A stretch of DNA of 63,010 nt, filler included, from an uncultured bacterium (GCA_964372275.1; 12 parts of 12 records of this genome joined end to end with filler, not necessarily neighbours in it), one strand, 5' to 3'; shown: positions 1 through 11,778, counted from the first letter of the whole stretch. Numbers and translations: made by a program. Notes: generated by a model not told the origin, from the letters alone.

Positions 1-2059
<2,059 letters not shown>

Positions 2060-2085
2060 GCGCGTGGGTACCCCGTATGTGACGG

Positions 2086-2130
2086 AAAAGACGCGAAGGG
2101 TAGACCCCGAGCCAGGGTCTACCGCCCGCG
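2086..2130 (-). terminator. Intrinsic terminator/attenuator between rplL and rpoB
   Basis: Minus-strand hairpin GGTAGACCC/GGGTCTACC with outer CGCG pairing, followed by TCTTTT. Confidence 0.65.
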
Positions 2131-2164
2131 CTGTTTAGCGAACTTTCTCCAAGAAAACCACTCT

Positions 2165-2536
2165 TTACTTCAGCTCGACCTTGGCGCCGGCCTCCTCGAG
2201 CTTCTTCTTCATCGTCTCGGCCTCTTCCTTGTTGACCCCTTCCTTCAGGGTCTTCGGAGCGCCGTCGACCAGGTCCTTGGCCTCCTTCAAGCCCAGCCCG
2301 GTCAGCTCGCGGACGACCTTGATCGCCCCGATCTTGTTGGCGCCGGCCTCCTTCAGCACGACCGTGAACTCGGTCTTCTCCGCCGCCGCGGGGGCCGCTC
2401 CGGCCGGGCCTGCCGCCACCGCCACCGCCGCCGCCGCGGAGACGCCCCACTCCTTCTCCAGTTCCTTCACCAGCGACGCGATCTCGAGGATCGTCAGCTT
2501 CCCGAGCTCCGCCTTCAGTGCATTGATGTCCGCCAT
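2165..2536 (-). CDS. rplL: 50S ribosomal protein L7/L12
   Basis: [41 protein letters not shown]. Confidence 0.99.
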   Translation of the reverse strand: MADINALKAELGKLTILEIASLVKELEKEWGVSAAAAVAVAAGPAGAAPAAAEKTEFTVVLKEAGANKIGAIKVVRELTGLGLKEAKDLVDGAPKTLKEGVNKEEAETMKKKLEEAGAKVELK

Positions 2537-2599
2537 GGTTTTCTCCGAATCGAGTGCCGTGTGTGAGAGTTCGTTCGTTGTTCGTGGAATGGAATCGCG

Positions 2600-3187
2600 T
2601 CAGGTAGCCGCGGGCGGTGCCTCGGCCGCGGCCGTTTCGGCGGGACCGCCGCCCGCCGCCGGCGCGCCACCCTGCTTCTTGACGTACTGGTCGAGCACCC
2701 GGACGAGCATCGCCGCCGGCTGCATCAGCAGGCCCAGCAGGCGCGACCGCGAGCCCTCGAGGTTCGGAAGCTGCGCCAGCTCCTTCACCTCGTCGACCGA
2801 GAGCAGCTTCCCGTCCAGGCTTCCGCCCAGGACCCGGAGCCCCTTCTCGTTGTTCTTGACGAACTCGTCCAGCGTCTTGGCCGGGTGGACGACGTCGCCG
2901 TAGGACAACGCCACCGCCACCGGTCCCTTGAAGCGATCCTTCAGACCCTCGTATCGCGTCCCGGCGATCGCCCGGCGCGCGAGGGTGTTCTTCACCACCT
3001 TCAGCTCCGACTTCCCCTTGCGGAGGTCGGCGCGAAGCTGGGTCACCTTGTCGACCGTCATCCCCCGGACCTCGGTCAGGATGGCGATGTCGGCCTTCAG
3101 GAAGCGCTCGTGGAGCCGGTCGACCTCTTTCTGCTTCTCGACGCGGACCGCCTTGACGGTGCCCGCGGGCTTTTCTGCGTGTGTCAT
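2600..3187 (-). CDS. rplJ: 50S ribosomal protein L10
   Basis: RGMTV..LR, VVKNTLARRA, GPVAVA, LAQLP; between rplA and rplL. Confidence 0.97.
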   Translation of the reverse strand: MTHAEKPAGTVKAVRVEKQKEVDRLHERFLKADIAILTEVRGMTVDKVTQLRADLRKGKSELKVVKNTLARRAIAGTRYEGLKDRFKGPVAVALSYGDVVHPAKTLDEFVKNNEKGLRVLGGSLDGKLLSVDEVKELAQLPNLEGSRSRLLGLLMQPAAMLVRVLDQYVKKQGGAPAAGGGPAETAAAEAPPAAT

Positions 3188-3205
3188 GGTCTTCCTCTCG
3201 GCTCC

Positions 3206-3913
3206 TTACGCGGTCGCCTGCTTGGCGAAGATCGTCGGGTCGACGTCGACCCCCGGCCCCATGGTGCTGGAGAGGGTGATCGATTTGACGTAGGTCCCTT
3301 TGGCCGTGGCGGGCTTGAGCTTCCAGATCAGCTCGATGACCGCCGCGGCGTTCTCCGCCAGTTGCTCCGGCTTGAACGAGGCCTTGCCGACGCGCAGCTG
3401 CACGATGCCGGCCTTCTCGGTGCGGAACTCGACGCGGCCCGCCTTGAGCTCCTTGACCATCTTCCCCACGTCGAAGGTCACCGTTCCGACCTTCGGGTTG
3501 GGCATCAGGCCGCGGGGTCCGAGGACGCGGCCGATCTTGCCGACCTGGCCCATCAGATCCGGCGTGGCGATCGCCTGGTCGAACTCGAGCCAGCCGCCCG
3601 AGATCTTTTCGATCAGGTCTTCCGCGCCGACGAAGTCGGCGCCCGCCGCCTTCGCCTCCTTCTCCTTGTCGCCCTTGGCGAAGACCAGCACCCGCACGGT
3701 CTTGCCGACGCCGTGGGGGAGGACCACCGCGCCGCGGACCATCTGGTCGGCGTGCTTCGGATCGACCCCCAGGCGCACCGCCAGCTCGACCGTCTCGTCG
3801 AACTTGGCGAACGCGCACTCCTTCACCAGCTTCGCCGCCTCGTCGAGACCGTACTTCTTGCCGGTCACGACCCTGGCTTTCGCCGCGGCGTACTTCTTTC
3901 CACTCTTTGCCAC
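3206..3913 (-). CDS. rplA: 50S ribosomal protein L1
   Basis: GTG 3913 after [50 protein letters not shown]. Confidence 0.98.
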   Translation of the reverse strand: MAKSGKKYAAAKARVVTGKKYGLDEAAKLVKECAFAKFDETVELAVRLGVDPKHADQMVRGAVVLPHGVGKTVRVLVFAKGDKEKEAKAAGADFVGAEDLIEKISGGWLEFDQAIATPDLMGQVGKIGRVLGPRGLMPNPKVGTVTFDVGKMVKELKAGRVEFRTEKAGIVQLRVGKASFKPEQLAENAAAVIELIWKLKPATAKGTYVKSITLSSTMGPGVDVDPTIFAKQATA

Positions 3914-3926
3914 GCGTCGTCTCCTT

Positions 3927-3976
3927 CGGTGGTCCATGCGGCCATCCGCGCTTTCACGCCGACAGGCCTCCCACCG
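3927..3976 (-). promoter_or_regulatory. Putative L1 autoregulatory mRNA binding site
   Basis: Minus strand CGGTGGGAG-GCC...GGC-CGCATGG-ACCACCG forms a helix/internal loop/helix directly before the rplA SD, resembling L1 target sites found between rplK and rplA. Confidence 0.6.
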
Positions 3977-3992
3977 CCGTTCGTTGCCTTCG

Positions 3993-4415
3993 CTATCCCT
4001 TGACCTCGATCCCCATCGACCGCGCCGTCCCCTCGACCGACCGCATCGCCGCCTCGATCGAGGCCGCGGTCAAGTCGGGCATCTTGAGCTTGGCGATCTC
4101 CTCCACCTGTTTCTTCGTCACCGAACCGACCTTGGTCTTGTGCGGCTCCGCGGAGCCCGACTCGATCTTCGCCGCCTTCTTGAGGAGGATCGAGGCCGGT
4201 GGCGTCTTGGTGACGAAAGTGAACGAGCGGTCGGCGTAGACGGTGATGATGACCGGGATGATCATGCCGTCCTGCGCCTGGGTCCGGGCGTTGAACTCCT
4301 TGCAGAACCCCATGATGTTGACGCCGTGCTGGCCGAGCGCCGGCCCCACCGGCGGCGAGGGGTTGGCCTTGCCGGCCGGGCACTGCAGCTTCACCTGGGC
4401 GACGATCTTCTTCAT
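3993..4415 (-). CDS. rplK: 50S ribosomal protein L11
   Basis: [36 protein letters not shown]. Confidence 0.99.
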   Translation of the reverse strand: MKKIVAQVKLQCPAGKANPSPPVGPALGQHGVNIMGFCKEFNARTQAQDGMIIPVIITVYADRSFTFVTKTPPASILLKKAAKIESGSAEPHKTKVGSVTKKQVEEIAKLKMPDLTAASIEAAMRSVEGTARSMGIEVKG

Positions 4416-4419
4416 GGCT

Positions 4420-5049
4420 CTACACCTTCTCCACTTCGCTGAACTGCACGTCGACCGGCGTCGAACGGCCGAGGATCGAGACCATCACCTTCACCCGCCC
4501 CTTCTCGGTGTTCACCTCTTCGATGACGCCGGTGAAACCTTGCAGCGGTCCCTCCGAGACGCGGACCTGCTCCCCCTTCTCGAAGGCGACGCGCGTCACG
4601 GGTTTGAGCGTCCCCTCGGCGATCTGGCTGGTGATCCGCAGGACCTCGTTCTCCGGGATCGGAGACGGGCGCGTGCCGCCGCCAACGAACCCGGTGATCT
4701 TCGGCGTGTTCTTCACGCAGTGCCAGGTCGCCTCCGTCAGCTCCATCTGCACGAAGAGATAGCTGGGGAAGAACTTCCGGGTGGTGGTCCGCTTTACCCC
4801 CGACCGGCTCTCGGTCACCTTTTCCGACGGGACGAGGATCTGGCCGAAGAACTCCTCGAGGCCGTTCGCGCGGACCTTGTCCTCGAGCGCCTGCTTGGCC
4901 TTGTTCTCGTAGCCCGAATAGGTGTGGACCACGTACCAGGACATGTTCTTCGACTTCGGCTTCGGCGCGGGAACGGGCGCCGACTCCGCGGGGGGGGCGG
5001 CGGCCCCGGTCTGCTCGGGCGGCGTTCCCGTTTCGGTTTCGATCGTCAT
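4420..5049 (-). CDS. nusG: Transcription factor NusG with a ~35-aa Pro-rich N-terminal extension
   Basis: [25 protein letters not shown] domain; ATG overlaps the secE stop (TGATG). Confidence 0.97.
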   Translation of the reverse strand: MTIETETGTPPEQTGAAAPPAESAPVPAPKPKSKNMSWYVVHTYSGYENKAKQALEDKVRANGLEEFFGQILVPSEKVTESRSGVKRTTTRKFFPSYLFVQMELTEATWHCVKNTPKITGFVGGGTRPSPIPENEVLRITSQIAEGTLKPVTRVAFEKGEQVRVSEGPLQGFTGVIEEVNTEKGRVKVMVSILGRSTPVDVQFSEVEKV

Positions 5050-5486
5050 CAGGTCGCCCCGTAGGTGAAGAGAAGTTTGATGAGCTTCGACCAGACGAGG
5101 TCGAACAGGCCGAGGATCGCTCCCACCACCGCGACGCAGGCGATCACCACGATCGTCGACTGCCGCGTCTCCTTTCCGGTGGGCCAACTGACCTTGCGCA
5201 GCTCGACCGCCACGTCGTTCAGGAACTCCTGCGCGCGCGCGTTCCGGATGGTGTAGACGAACGCCCCCGCCGCCAGGACGCCGGCGAGAACCGCCCCGGT
5301 ATGGACGCCGGGCCCCAGGGCTCGGGCCCCCGGCAGCGACGCCACGCGCCAGACGAGCTCGAACGTCTTGGCCAGCGCCCACCAGACGCCGATCGCGGCG
5401 ATCCCCTGCGCGAGCTGGACGTAGCGGGTGTGGTCCCCACTGTTCAGCTTCGCGATCGTCTGTACGTTGTTCGCTTCGGTCGACAT
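5049..5486 (-). CDS. secE: Preprotein translocase subunit SecE
   Basis: ELRKVSWPTGKETRQSTIVV followed by a TM segment; between tRNA-Trp and nusG. Confidence 0.95.
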   Translation of the reverse strand: MSTEANNVQTIAKLNSGDHTRYVQLAQGIAAIGVWWALAKTFELVWRVASLPGARALGPGVHTGAVLAGVLAAGAFVYTIRNARAQEFLNDVAVELRKVSWPTGKETRQSTIVVIACVAVVGAILGLFDLVWSKLIKLLFTYGAT

Positions 5487-5510
5487 TCGTCCTCGAAATA
5501 AAGGTCCGGC

Positions 5511-5587
5511 TGGCAGGCCAGGAGGGACTCGAACCCCCAACATCCGGTTTTGGAGACCGGCGCTCTACCAATTAGAGCTACTGGCCT
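5511..5587 (-). tRNA. trnW: tRNA-Trp(CCA)
   Basis: AGGCCAGTAGCTCTAATTGGTAGAGCGCCGGTCT-CCA-AAACCGGATGTTGGGGGTTCGAGTCCCTCCTGGCCTGCCA; cloverleaf with encoded CCA end. Confidence 0.98.
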
Positions 5588-5597
5588 TTGGTCCGAA

Positions 5598-5747
5598 TTA
5601 CTTCGACTCCTTGTGCTCCGTGTGCTGCCGGCAGGTCGGGCAGAACTTGTTCAACTGGAGCTTGTCCGGAGTCCGGGTCTTGTTCTTGGTCGTCGAGTAG
5701 TTCTTGTTCTTACACTTGGTGCACTCGAGACCGATGATGACGCGCAT
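5598..5747 (-). CDS. rpmG: 50S ribosomal protein L33, Zn-binding type (absent from ORF track)
   Basis: [49 protein letters not shown]. Confidence 0.97.
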   Translation of the reverse strand: MRVIIGLECTKCKNKNYSTTKNKTRTPDKLQLNKFCPTCRQHTEHKESK

Positions 5748-5766
5748 GGCGTGACGCTCCTTGCCG

Positions 5767-5837
5767 TTACTGGAGGATTTCGGAGACGACCCCGGCGCCG
5801 ACCGTCCGGCCGCCTTCCCGGATGGCGAAGCGGAGCT
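5767..5837 (-). CDS. tuf: Elongation factor Tu, C-terminal fragment
   Basis: [22 protein letters not shown] at the contig edge. Confidence 0.96.
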
Positions 5838-5937
5838 NNNNNNNNNNNNNNNNNNNNNNNNNNNNNNNNNNNNNNNNNNNNTTAATTAATTAANNNNNNN
5901 NNNNNNNNNNNNNNNNNNNNNNNNNNNNNNNNNNNNN
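5838..5937. other. Artificial contig spacer; also at 11679-11778, 17509-17608, 23288-23387, 28924-29023, 34555-34654, 39892-39991, 44908-45007, 49901-50000, 54331-54430, 58733-58832
   Basis: Identical 100-nt N44-TTAATTAATTAA-N44 block with stops in all six frames; flanking genes are truncated. Confidence 0.99.
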
Positions 5938-6513
5938 GACCCGGCGCTCACCCGGCCGGACCTCCTTCTCGTGGATCAGCCGGTTGTGGCCCGCGATCCC
6001 GCCTGCGGCGCCGGCGCACGCGGCGAGGATCATCGACACCACCGTGGCCCACGCGGCGCCCGTTCCGATGTCGGCCATCTGCGAGATCGACGGGAGGAAG
6101 CCGCCGGCGCGCTCGCCGAGGCGTTGCAACGTCTCGGGACTCCGCGCCATCAGGAGGCCGGACGCGAGCGTGGAGGCCGAACCGATCATCATCAGCCCGA
6201 CGACGCTGGCGAAGGCCCAGACGACGAACCCTTGCAGGCAGGCCAGCGCCCGGTCGACGGGCCGGTTCAGGTAGCCGGCGACCATCCCGCCCAGGAAGGT
6301 CGACAGGATCAGGGTGAGCCCGGTCCAGACGGCGGCGCCGACGCCGAAGCCGGTCCCCGCCTCTTCGGGGCCTTTCAGGATCGAGATGCCGAGCGCCGCG
6401 CCGAGGACGACGAAGAACGCCTCGGACGCAAGCAGCACGACCAGGCCGGCGAAGGTGGCGGACCAGCGGAACGGCCGCGCTTCGTGGGTCATCAACTCCG
6501 AATAGGTCGACAT
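5938..6513 (-). CDS. Integral membrane protein, ~4 TM, 3' end truncated
   Basis: ATG 6513 after GGAGG; RWSATFAG..., VWTGLTLILSTFLGGMVAGYL, LQGFVVWAFA hydrophobic segments. Confidence 0.8.
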
Positions 6514-6775
6514 CGGTTCCAACCTCCATGCCGTCCTTTGTGACCGCCGGAGTCGGCGGCAAGAACGGCGCCGGTCGCGTCGACGCCGCCGACCGGACGG
6601 CGGGCGCGCGTCCAGTCCGGTCGGCCGGACGGGTCGGGGGCGCCGTCCGTGGGGCGTGGCGGCGGTCGGGATCTTTCTTTTCGCCGATGGAACGGATCGA
6701 GCGGCCCAAACCCGCGACTCGGCCTTCGCCGCCGTCGGGTCCGGCCCGGCCTTTGCTCGGGATCCGAAGCCTACG

Positions 6776-8332
6776 ATGCGGCAGACGGCACGAGCATGGT
6801 CGGGGGTGGCGGTCGGGATCGACGGCGTACTGGTGGCGGTGGAGGTCGACCTGGCGTCCCAGCTCCCCGCGATCGCGACGGTGGGTCTCGCCGCGGTGGA
6901 GGTGCGCGAGGCGAAGGATCGGGTCCGCGCCGCGATCCGGAACTCCGGTTTCACGTTCCCTCCGCGCCGGGTGACGGTGAACCTGGCGCCGGCGAACCTT
7001 CCCAAGCGGGGGACGGCGTTCGACCTTCCGATCGCGGTGGCGCTCTTGGCGGCGGCGAGCGACCTTCCCGTGGGGGCGGCGGAAGGCTGGGTGCTGGTCG
7101 GCGAGCTGGGGCTCGACGGGCGGTTGCGGCCGGTGACGGGCGTGCTCCCGGTGGCGCTCGCGGCGCGGACCGCGGGGGGGAAGGGGCTGATCGTTCCCCG
7201 CGCCAACGGGGCCGAGGCGGCGCGGGTGGCCGGGATCGAAGTCCGGGAGGCCGAGCTTCTCGGCGAGGTGGTCGCATTTCTCCGAGGGGATCGAGATCTG
7301 GCGCGGCCGCACCCGAGCGCCTCCGAGGTCGGCGGGCCGAACGGGGACGGCTCGCCGACCGGCGCGGCGGGCGATCCCGACGAGGGGTACGATCTGGCGT
7401 GGGTGCGGGGTCACCTGGCGGCGCGGCGGGCCCTGGAGATCGCGGCGGCCGGATCGTTGAGTCTGCTGTTGTCCGGTCCGCCGGGGGTGGGAAAGACGAT
7501 GCTCGCGCGTTGCCTCCCGTCGATCCTCCCGCCGCTCACGGCCGAGGAGTCGCTGGAGGTGGCGTCGATCCATTCGGTCGCCGGTCTGCCGGTCGACCGG
7601 GCGACGATCGATCGCCGGCCGTTCCGCTCCCCGCACCCGTCGATGCGAAAAGGGGCGTTGTTGGGCGGCGGCGATCCGCTCCGGCCCGGCGAGGTGACGC
7701 TCGCGCACCGCGGCGTCCTGTTCCTGGACGAGCTGCCGGAGGTCGACCGCGACGTGCTGGAGGCGTTGCGGGGACCGCTCGAGGAGCGGGAGGTCTCGAT
7801 CTCCCGGGCCGGTCGGAGGATACGTTTCCCCGCCGATTTCGCGTTGATCGCGGGGATGAATCCGTGCCGTTGCGGATTCGCCGGGACGGGTCGCTGCGTC
7901 TGTCCGGTGGAGGCGGTCGACCGCTACCTGGCGAGGATCTCCGGACCGCTGCTCGATCGCATCGACCTCCACGTGAAGATGGAGCCGTTGAGCGGCGCGG
8001 CGTTCGACGGACCGGAGCCCGAGTCGTCCTCGGAGGTTCGGGCGCGGGTCGCGGCGGCGTGCGCGATGGCGGCCGAACGGGACGGCGCTTCGCGCGCCCG
8101 TCGGGAGACGGGCGCCGTTCGAGGCGTTCCGCCGGTGGAGCGGGACCTGACCCACGCCGTCCGGCATCTCCTCGCCGCGGAGGTCGATCGGGGGATGTCG
8201 GCGCGGGGGCGCTCGAAGGCGCTGCGCATCGCCCGCACGCTCGCCGATCTCGCCGGCGAGTCTCGGGTCCGCGAGGAGCACGTGCAGGAAGCGTTCGCCT
8301 TCCGGCCGACGCGCGAACGCTTCTCGTCGTGA
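6776..8332 (+). CDS. comM: YifB/ComM family Mg-chelatase-like AAA+ ATPase
   Basis: RVTVNLAPANLPK, GELGLDG, Walker A GPPGVGKT, LAHRGVLFLDE, NPCRCG, ISGPLLDRID, ARTLADL; start codon approximate. Confidence 0.93.
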   Translation: MRQTARAWSGVAVGIDGVLVAVEVDLASQLPAIATVGLAAVEVREAKDRVRAAIRNSGFTFPPRRVTVNLAPANLPKRGTAFDLPIAVALLAAASDLPVGAAEGWVLVGELGLDGRLRPVTGVLPVALAARTAGGKGLIVPRANGAEAARVAGIEVREAELLGEVVAFLRGDRDLARPHPSASEVGGPNGDGSPTGAAGDPDEGYDLAWVRGHLAARRALEIAAAGSLSLLLSGPPGVGKTMLARCLPSILPPLTAEESLEVASIHSVAGLPVDRATIDRRPFRSPHPSMRKGALLGGGDPLRPGEVTLAHRGVLFLDELPEVDRDVLEALRGPLEEREVSISRAGRRIRFPADFALIAGMNPCRCGFAGTGRCVCPVEAVDRYLARISGPLLDRIDLHVKMEPLSGAAFDGPEPESSSEVRARVAAACAMAAERDGASRARRETGAVRGVPPVERDLTHAVRHLLAAEVDRGMSARGRSKALRIARTLADLAGESRVREEHVQEAFAFRPTRERFSS

Positions 8333-8410
8333 TCGAAGTCGGGGTTCCCGGTCCTTTGAATTATTTGCGTGACTCGCGCGGATCTCCGTTCGTCGACGGA
8401 AGGCGGCCGG

Positions 8411-8440
8411 TTGACACGACGGATCGATCGCCGATATCGT
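8411..8440 (+). promoter_or_regulatory. Sigma70-like promoter for the AT-hook protein gene
   Basis: TTGACA (8411-8416), 18 nt, TATCGT (8435-8440). Confidence 0.6.
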
Positions 8441-8514
8441 TTCGCCCGTTGCGAAGAAAGCGATGCGAATTTCGCGACCTTCGGCATCGTAATTTTTTCG
8501 AAAGCGAGACGACG

Positions 8515-8922
8515 TTGGCCAGACGGAAGGCGTTGAATGGAAAGGCGGCGGCGATCGGCGGGATCCGCCGCACCGGTCCCAAGCGGGTGCTCAAGTCGGT
8601 GGAGAAGATGATGCTCCACCTGACCGCCTTCCAGGCCCGCAACGTCGAAAACACGATCGCCTCGGCGATCGAGCCGCTGATCGACACCCTCGGCGACTTC
8701 CGGCGCCGCATGGAGAAGCTCGAGAAGCGCGTGGCATGGGCGACCCGACCCGGCCGCCGCGGACCCGGCCGTCCGCCGAAGCGTCGCGGCCCCGGCCGGC
8801 CCCGCAAGGCGCGTGGTCCGGGCCGTCCTCCCAAGCGCCGGGGACCGGGACGGCCGCCCAAGCACGAGTCGCCCGGCGCCACCGCGATCGCCGCCCGCAT
8901 CGGACGCCGGCGGGCGCGGTAG
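8515..8922 (+). CDS. Small basic protein with four AT-hook-like repeats (putative nucleoid/DNA-binding protein)
   Basis: Helical N-half, then RRGPGRPPK-RRGPGRPRK-ARGPGRPPK-RRGPGRPPK; repeats differ at synonymous positions; start uncertain (TTG 8515 or ATG 8608). Confidence 0.75.
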   Translation: MARRKALNGKAAAIGGIRRTGPKRVLKSVEKMMLHLTAFQARNVENTIASAIEPLIDTLGDFRRRMEKLEKRVAWATRPGRRGPGRPPKRRGPGRPRKARGPGRPPKRRGPGRPPKHESPGATAIAARIGRRRAR

Positions 8923-8928
8923 CGCGGA

Positions 8929-9051
8929 TTTCCTTCCGGTCCCGTCCCGAATCGTTCCGACTCCGGCTCCGACTCCCCTCCCCATTGGGGAATGGGCAAG
9001 GGAAAGGAGCCGGAGCCGGAGCCGAAAAGGAACGGACGGGAACGGAAGGGA
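8929..9051. repeat. Long imperfect inverted repeat between convergent genes
   Basis: TTCCTTCCGGTCCCGTCC pairs with GGACGGGAACGGAAGGGA; ACTCCG/GCTCCG units face GGAGCC x3; central CCCATT-GGGG-AATGGG. Confidence 0.75.
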
Positions 9052-9080
9052 GCGACAGCGGACCGCGGAGGGACGCTGCT

Positions 9081-11678
9081 TCAGCGTCCGACGAGCTCGT
9101 AGGCCTGTTCCAGCGCGGCCCCCACCTTTTCCCCGTCGGGACCGCCGGCTTGCGCGATCTCCGCGCTGCCGCCGCCGCGTCCGCCGACGATCCCCGCCAG
9201 CGCCTGAACGAGCTTTCCGGCGTGCACCTTCGCCTGATGCTCCTTGGTGACGGCGGCGACCAGCGTCGCCTTGCCGTCGGCGGTCCGGGCGCCGAGGACC
9301 ACCACGCCGCTCCCCAGTTTGTCGCGGAGCTTCTCCGCGTATTCGCGGAGCGCCTTGGGGTCGGAGACCTCGACGCTCGCGGAGACGACCTTCACCCCGG
9401 CCACCTCGCGCGTCTTCGCCAGGAGATCGCCGGCGCCGGCCGAGGCGAGTTGCCCTCGCAGGCGCTCGATCTCCTTCGTCTGCCGGCGGCTTTCGTCCAA
9501 CAGCCGCTCGATCCGCGCGGGGAGGTCGGCGACCGCGCTCTTGAGCAGGCCCGCCGCCCGGGCGAGCAGGTCCTCCTGCTCGTGGGCGTGCGCGAGGGCC
9601 GCGGCCTGCGTCACCGCCTCGACGCGCCGCACGCCCGCCGCGATCCCCTCTTCGGCGACGAACCGGAACAGGCCGATCTCGCCGGTCTCGGCGACGTGGG
9701 TTCCGCCGCACAGCTCCTTGGAGTAGTCGCCGATCGTGAGGACCTTCACCCGTTCGCCGTACTTCTCGCCGAAGAAGGCGAGCGCGCCGGCGGCCAGCGC
9801 CTGGGCGTGGGTCATTTCGCGGTGGACGGCGCGAAGGTTCCGGAAGACGACGTCGTTCACCTCGCGCTCGATCCGGCGCAGCTCCGCCGCCGACACCGGC
9901 TGAAAGTGCGAAAAATCGAAGCGCAACCGGCCGGGCTCGACGAGCGATCCCTGCTGCTTCACGTGGGTCCCCAACGCGTTCCGCAGCGCCGCGTGCATCA
10001 GGTGGGTGGCGGTGTGGTGCGCGCGCGTCGGCACCCGATGCTCCGCGGAGACCTGGAGGTCGACGGTGTCGCGCGGGCGGAAGCGCCCCTTCGTGACGCG
10101 GCCGAGGTGGATCGGCGGGAGGTCGGTGGAGAGCTTCTGCGTGTCCTCGACGACGAACTCCGCCCCCTCCTCGCCCCGGATCGTCCCGCGGTCCCCCACC
10201 TGGCCGCCCCCTTCGGGGTAGAAGGGGCTCCACCAGGTGACGAGCGCCCCGACCTCCCCCGGGCCGAGCATCGCCGCTTCGCCGCTCGCCCGAAGCGCCA
10301 GGAGCACCCGCGACCGACCGGCGAGGTTGGCGCTGGCCGGCTCGCGCGCGTGCCGGAGGAACTCGTCGCGTAGATCCCCCACGCCGGCCCGCTCCAGCGC
10401 CTCCGCCGTCGGGCGATCCAGGTCGGCGAGAGTGGGCTCCTGCCGGGCCCCCGGGGCGGTGTGCGGCCGCTCCGCCGGCGCGGAGAGGCGTAGGAAACCG
10501 GGTTTGCCGAGCGCCTCGCCGAGGGGGCCTTGGCCGACCGAAATCTTGGCCTCGCGGGCGGCGGTTTCGATCAGCCGCTCGCGGTCGCCCGCCGCCGCCT
10601 GGGAACCGGTCCACGAGGCCTTGCCGCGCTCCTGCTGCTCCGCCATGTGGCGGTCGAAGCCGGCCTCGTCGACCGCCAAGCCGTCTTCGGCTGCGATCAC
10701 CCGCGTCAGGTCGAGCGGGAAGCCGTAGGTGTCGTGCAGCTTGAAGGCGACCTCTCCGGGGATCGACGATCCGCCCGCCGCCTTCACCTTCCGCGAGGCC
10801 TCGGCCAGGAGCTTCAAGCCGGTGTCGAGCGTCTCGCGGAAGCGCTTCTCCTCGAGCTGCGTCATCTGCAGGACGTGATCGCGTTTCTGCCGCAGCTCGG
10901 GGAAGGCGCCGCCCATATCGGCGATCACCCGGCCGACGACCGCGTCGAATCGGGACGTTTCGATCCCCAGCTTCACCGCGTGCCGGATCGCGCGGCGCAT
11001 GATCCGGCGCAGCACGTAGCCGCGCCCTTCGTTCGACGGCAGCACGCCGTCGGAGATCAGGAAGGCGGTCGCGCGGGCGTGGTCCGCCATCACCCGCATC
11101 GAGGCGTCCTTGGCGGGGTCGGCGCCGTAGCGAGAGCCCGCGATCTCGGCGATCGAGCCCAAGATCCCCCGGAACAGGTCGATGTCGTAGTTCGACTTCT
11201 TGCCCTGCAGGACCGAGGTGATCCGCTCCAGACCCATGCCGGTGTCGATCGAGGGACGGGGCAGCGGGGTCGTCTTTCCCGCCGCGTCGCGCTCGAACTG
11301 CATGAAAACGTTGTTCCAGATCTCGAGGTAGCGATCGCAGTGGTCGGAGGCGCAGTTCACCCCGCAATCGGGGCGGCCGCAGGAGAGCTCCGGACCCTGG
11401 TCGAAGTGGACTTCGGAGCACGGCCCGCACGGGCCGGTGTCCCCCATCGCCCAGAAGTTCTCCTTCTCGCCGAAGCGCCGGATCCGGTCGGCGGGCAGGC
11501 CGGAGACCCGCTTCCAGATCCGTTCCGCTTCGTCGTCGTCCTTGTAGACGGTGACCCAGAGGCGGCCCCGGTCGAGCGCGAACTCCCGGGTGAGCAGCTC
11601 CCAGCAGAAGGCGATCGCGTCCTCCTTGAAGTAGTCGCCGAAGGAGAAGTTCCCCAGCATCTCGAAGAAGGTGTGGTG
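9081..11678 (-). CDS. alaS: Alanine--tRNA ligase, 5' truncated
   Basis: HHTFFEMLGNFSFGDYFKE, IDTGMGLER, editing motifs HTATHL and ELCGGTH, C-terminal GGRGGG. Confidence 0.98.
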   Translation of the reverse strand, partial: HHTFFEMLGNFSFGDYFKEDAIAFCWELLTREFALDRGRLWVTVYKDDDEAERIWKRVSGLPADRIRRFGEKENFWAMGDTGPCGPCSEVHFDQGPELSCGRPDCGVNCASDHCDRYLEIWNNVFMQFERDAAGKTTPLPRPSIDTGMGLERITSVLQGKKSNYDIDLFRGILGSIAEIAGSRYGADPAKDASMRVMADHARATAFLISDGVLPSNEGRGYVLRRIMRRAIRHAVKLGIETSRFDAVVGRVIADMGGAFPELRQKRDHVLQMTQLEEKRFRETLDTGLKLLAEASRKVKAAGGSSIPGEVAFKLHDTYGFPLDLTRVIAAEDGLAVDEAGFDRHMAEQQERGKASWTGSQAAAGDRERLIETAAREAKISVGQGPLGEALGKPGFLRLSAPAERPHTAPGARQEPTLADLDRPTAEALERAGVGDLRDEFLRHAREPASANLAGRSRVLLALRASGEAAMLGPGEVGALVTWWSPFYPEGGGQVGDRGTIRGEEGAEFVVEDTQKLSTDLPPIHLGRVTKGRFRPRDTVDLQVSAEHRVPTRAHHTATHLMHAALRNALGTHVKQQGSLVEPGRLRFDFSHFQPVSAAELRRIEREVNDVVFRNLRAVHREMTHAQALAAGALAFFGEKYGERVKVLTIGDYSKELCGGTHVAETGEIGLFRFVAEEGIAAGVRRVEAVTQAAALAHAHEQEDLLARAAGLLKSAVADLPARIERLLDESRRQTKEIERLRGQLASAGAGDLLAKTREVAGVKVVSASVEVSDPKALREYAEKLRDKLGSGVVVLGARTADGKATLVAAVTKEHQAKVHAGKLVQALAGIVGGRGGGSAEIAQAGGPDGEKVGAALEQAYELVGR

Positions 11679-11778
11679 NNNNNNNNNNNNNNNNNNNNNN
11701 NNNNNNNNNNNNNNNNNNNNNNTTAATTAATTAANNNNNNNNNNNNNNNNNNNNNNNNNNNNNNNNNNNNNNNNNNNN

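Noticed and set aside
5838-5937. TTAATTAATTAA recurring every 4-6 kb inside N runs
   Set aside because: Artificial six-frame-stop contig linker; not a biological repeat or CRISPR
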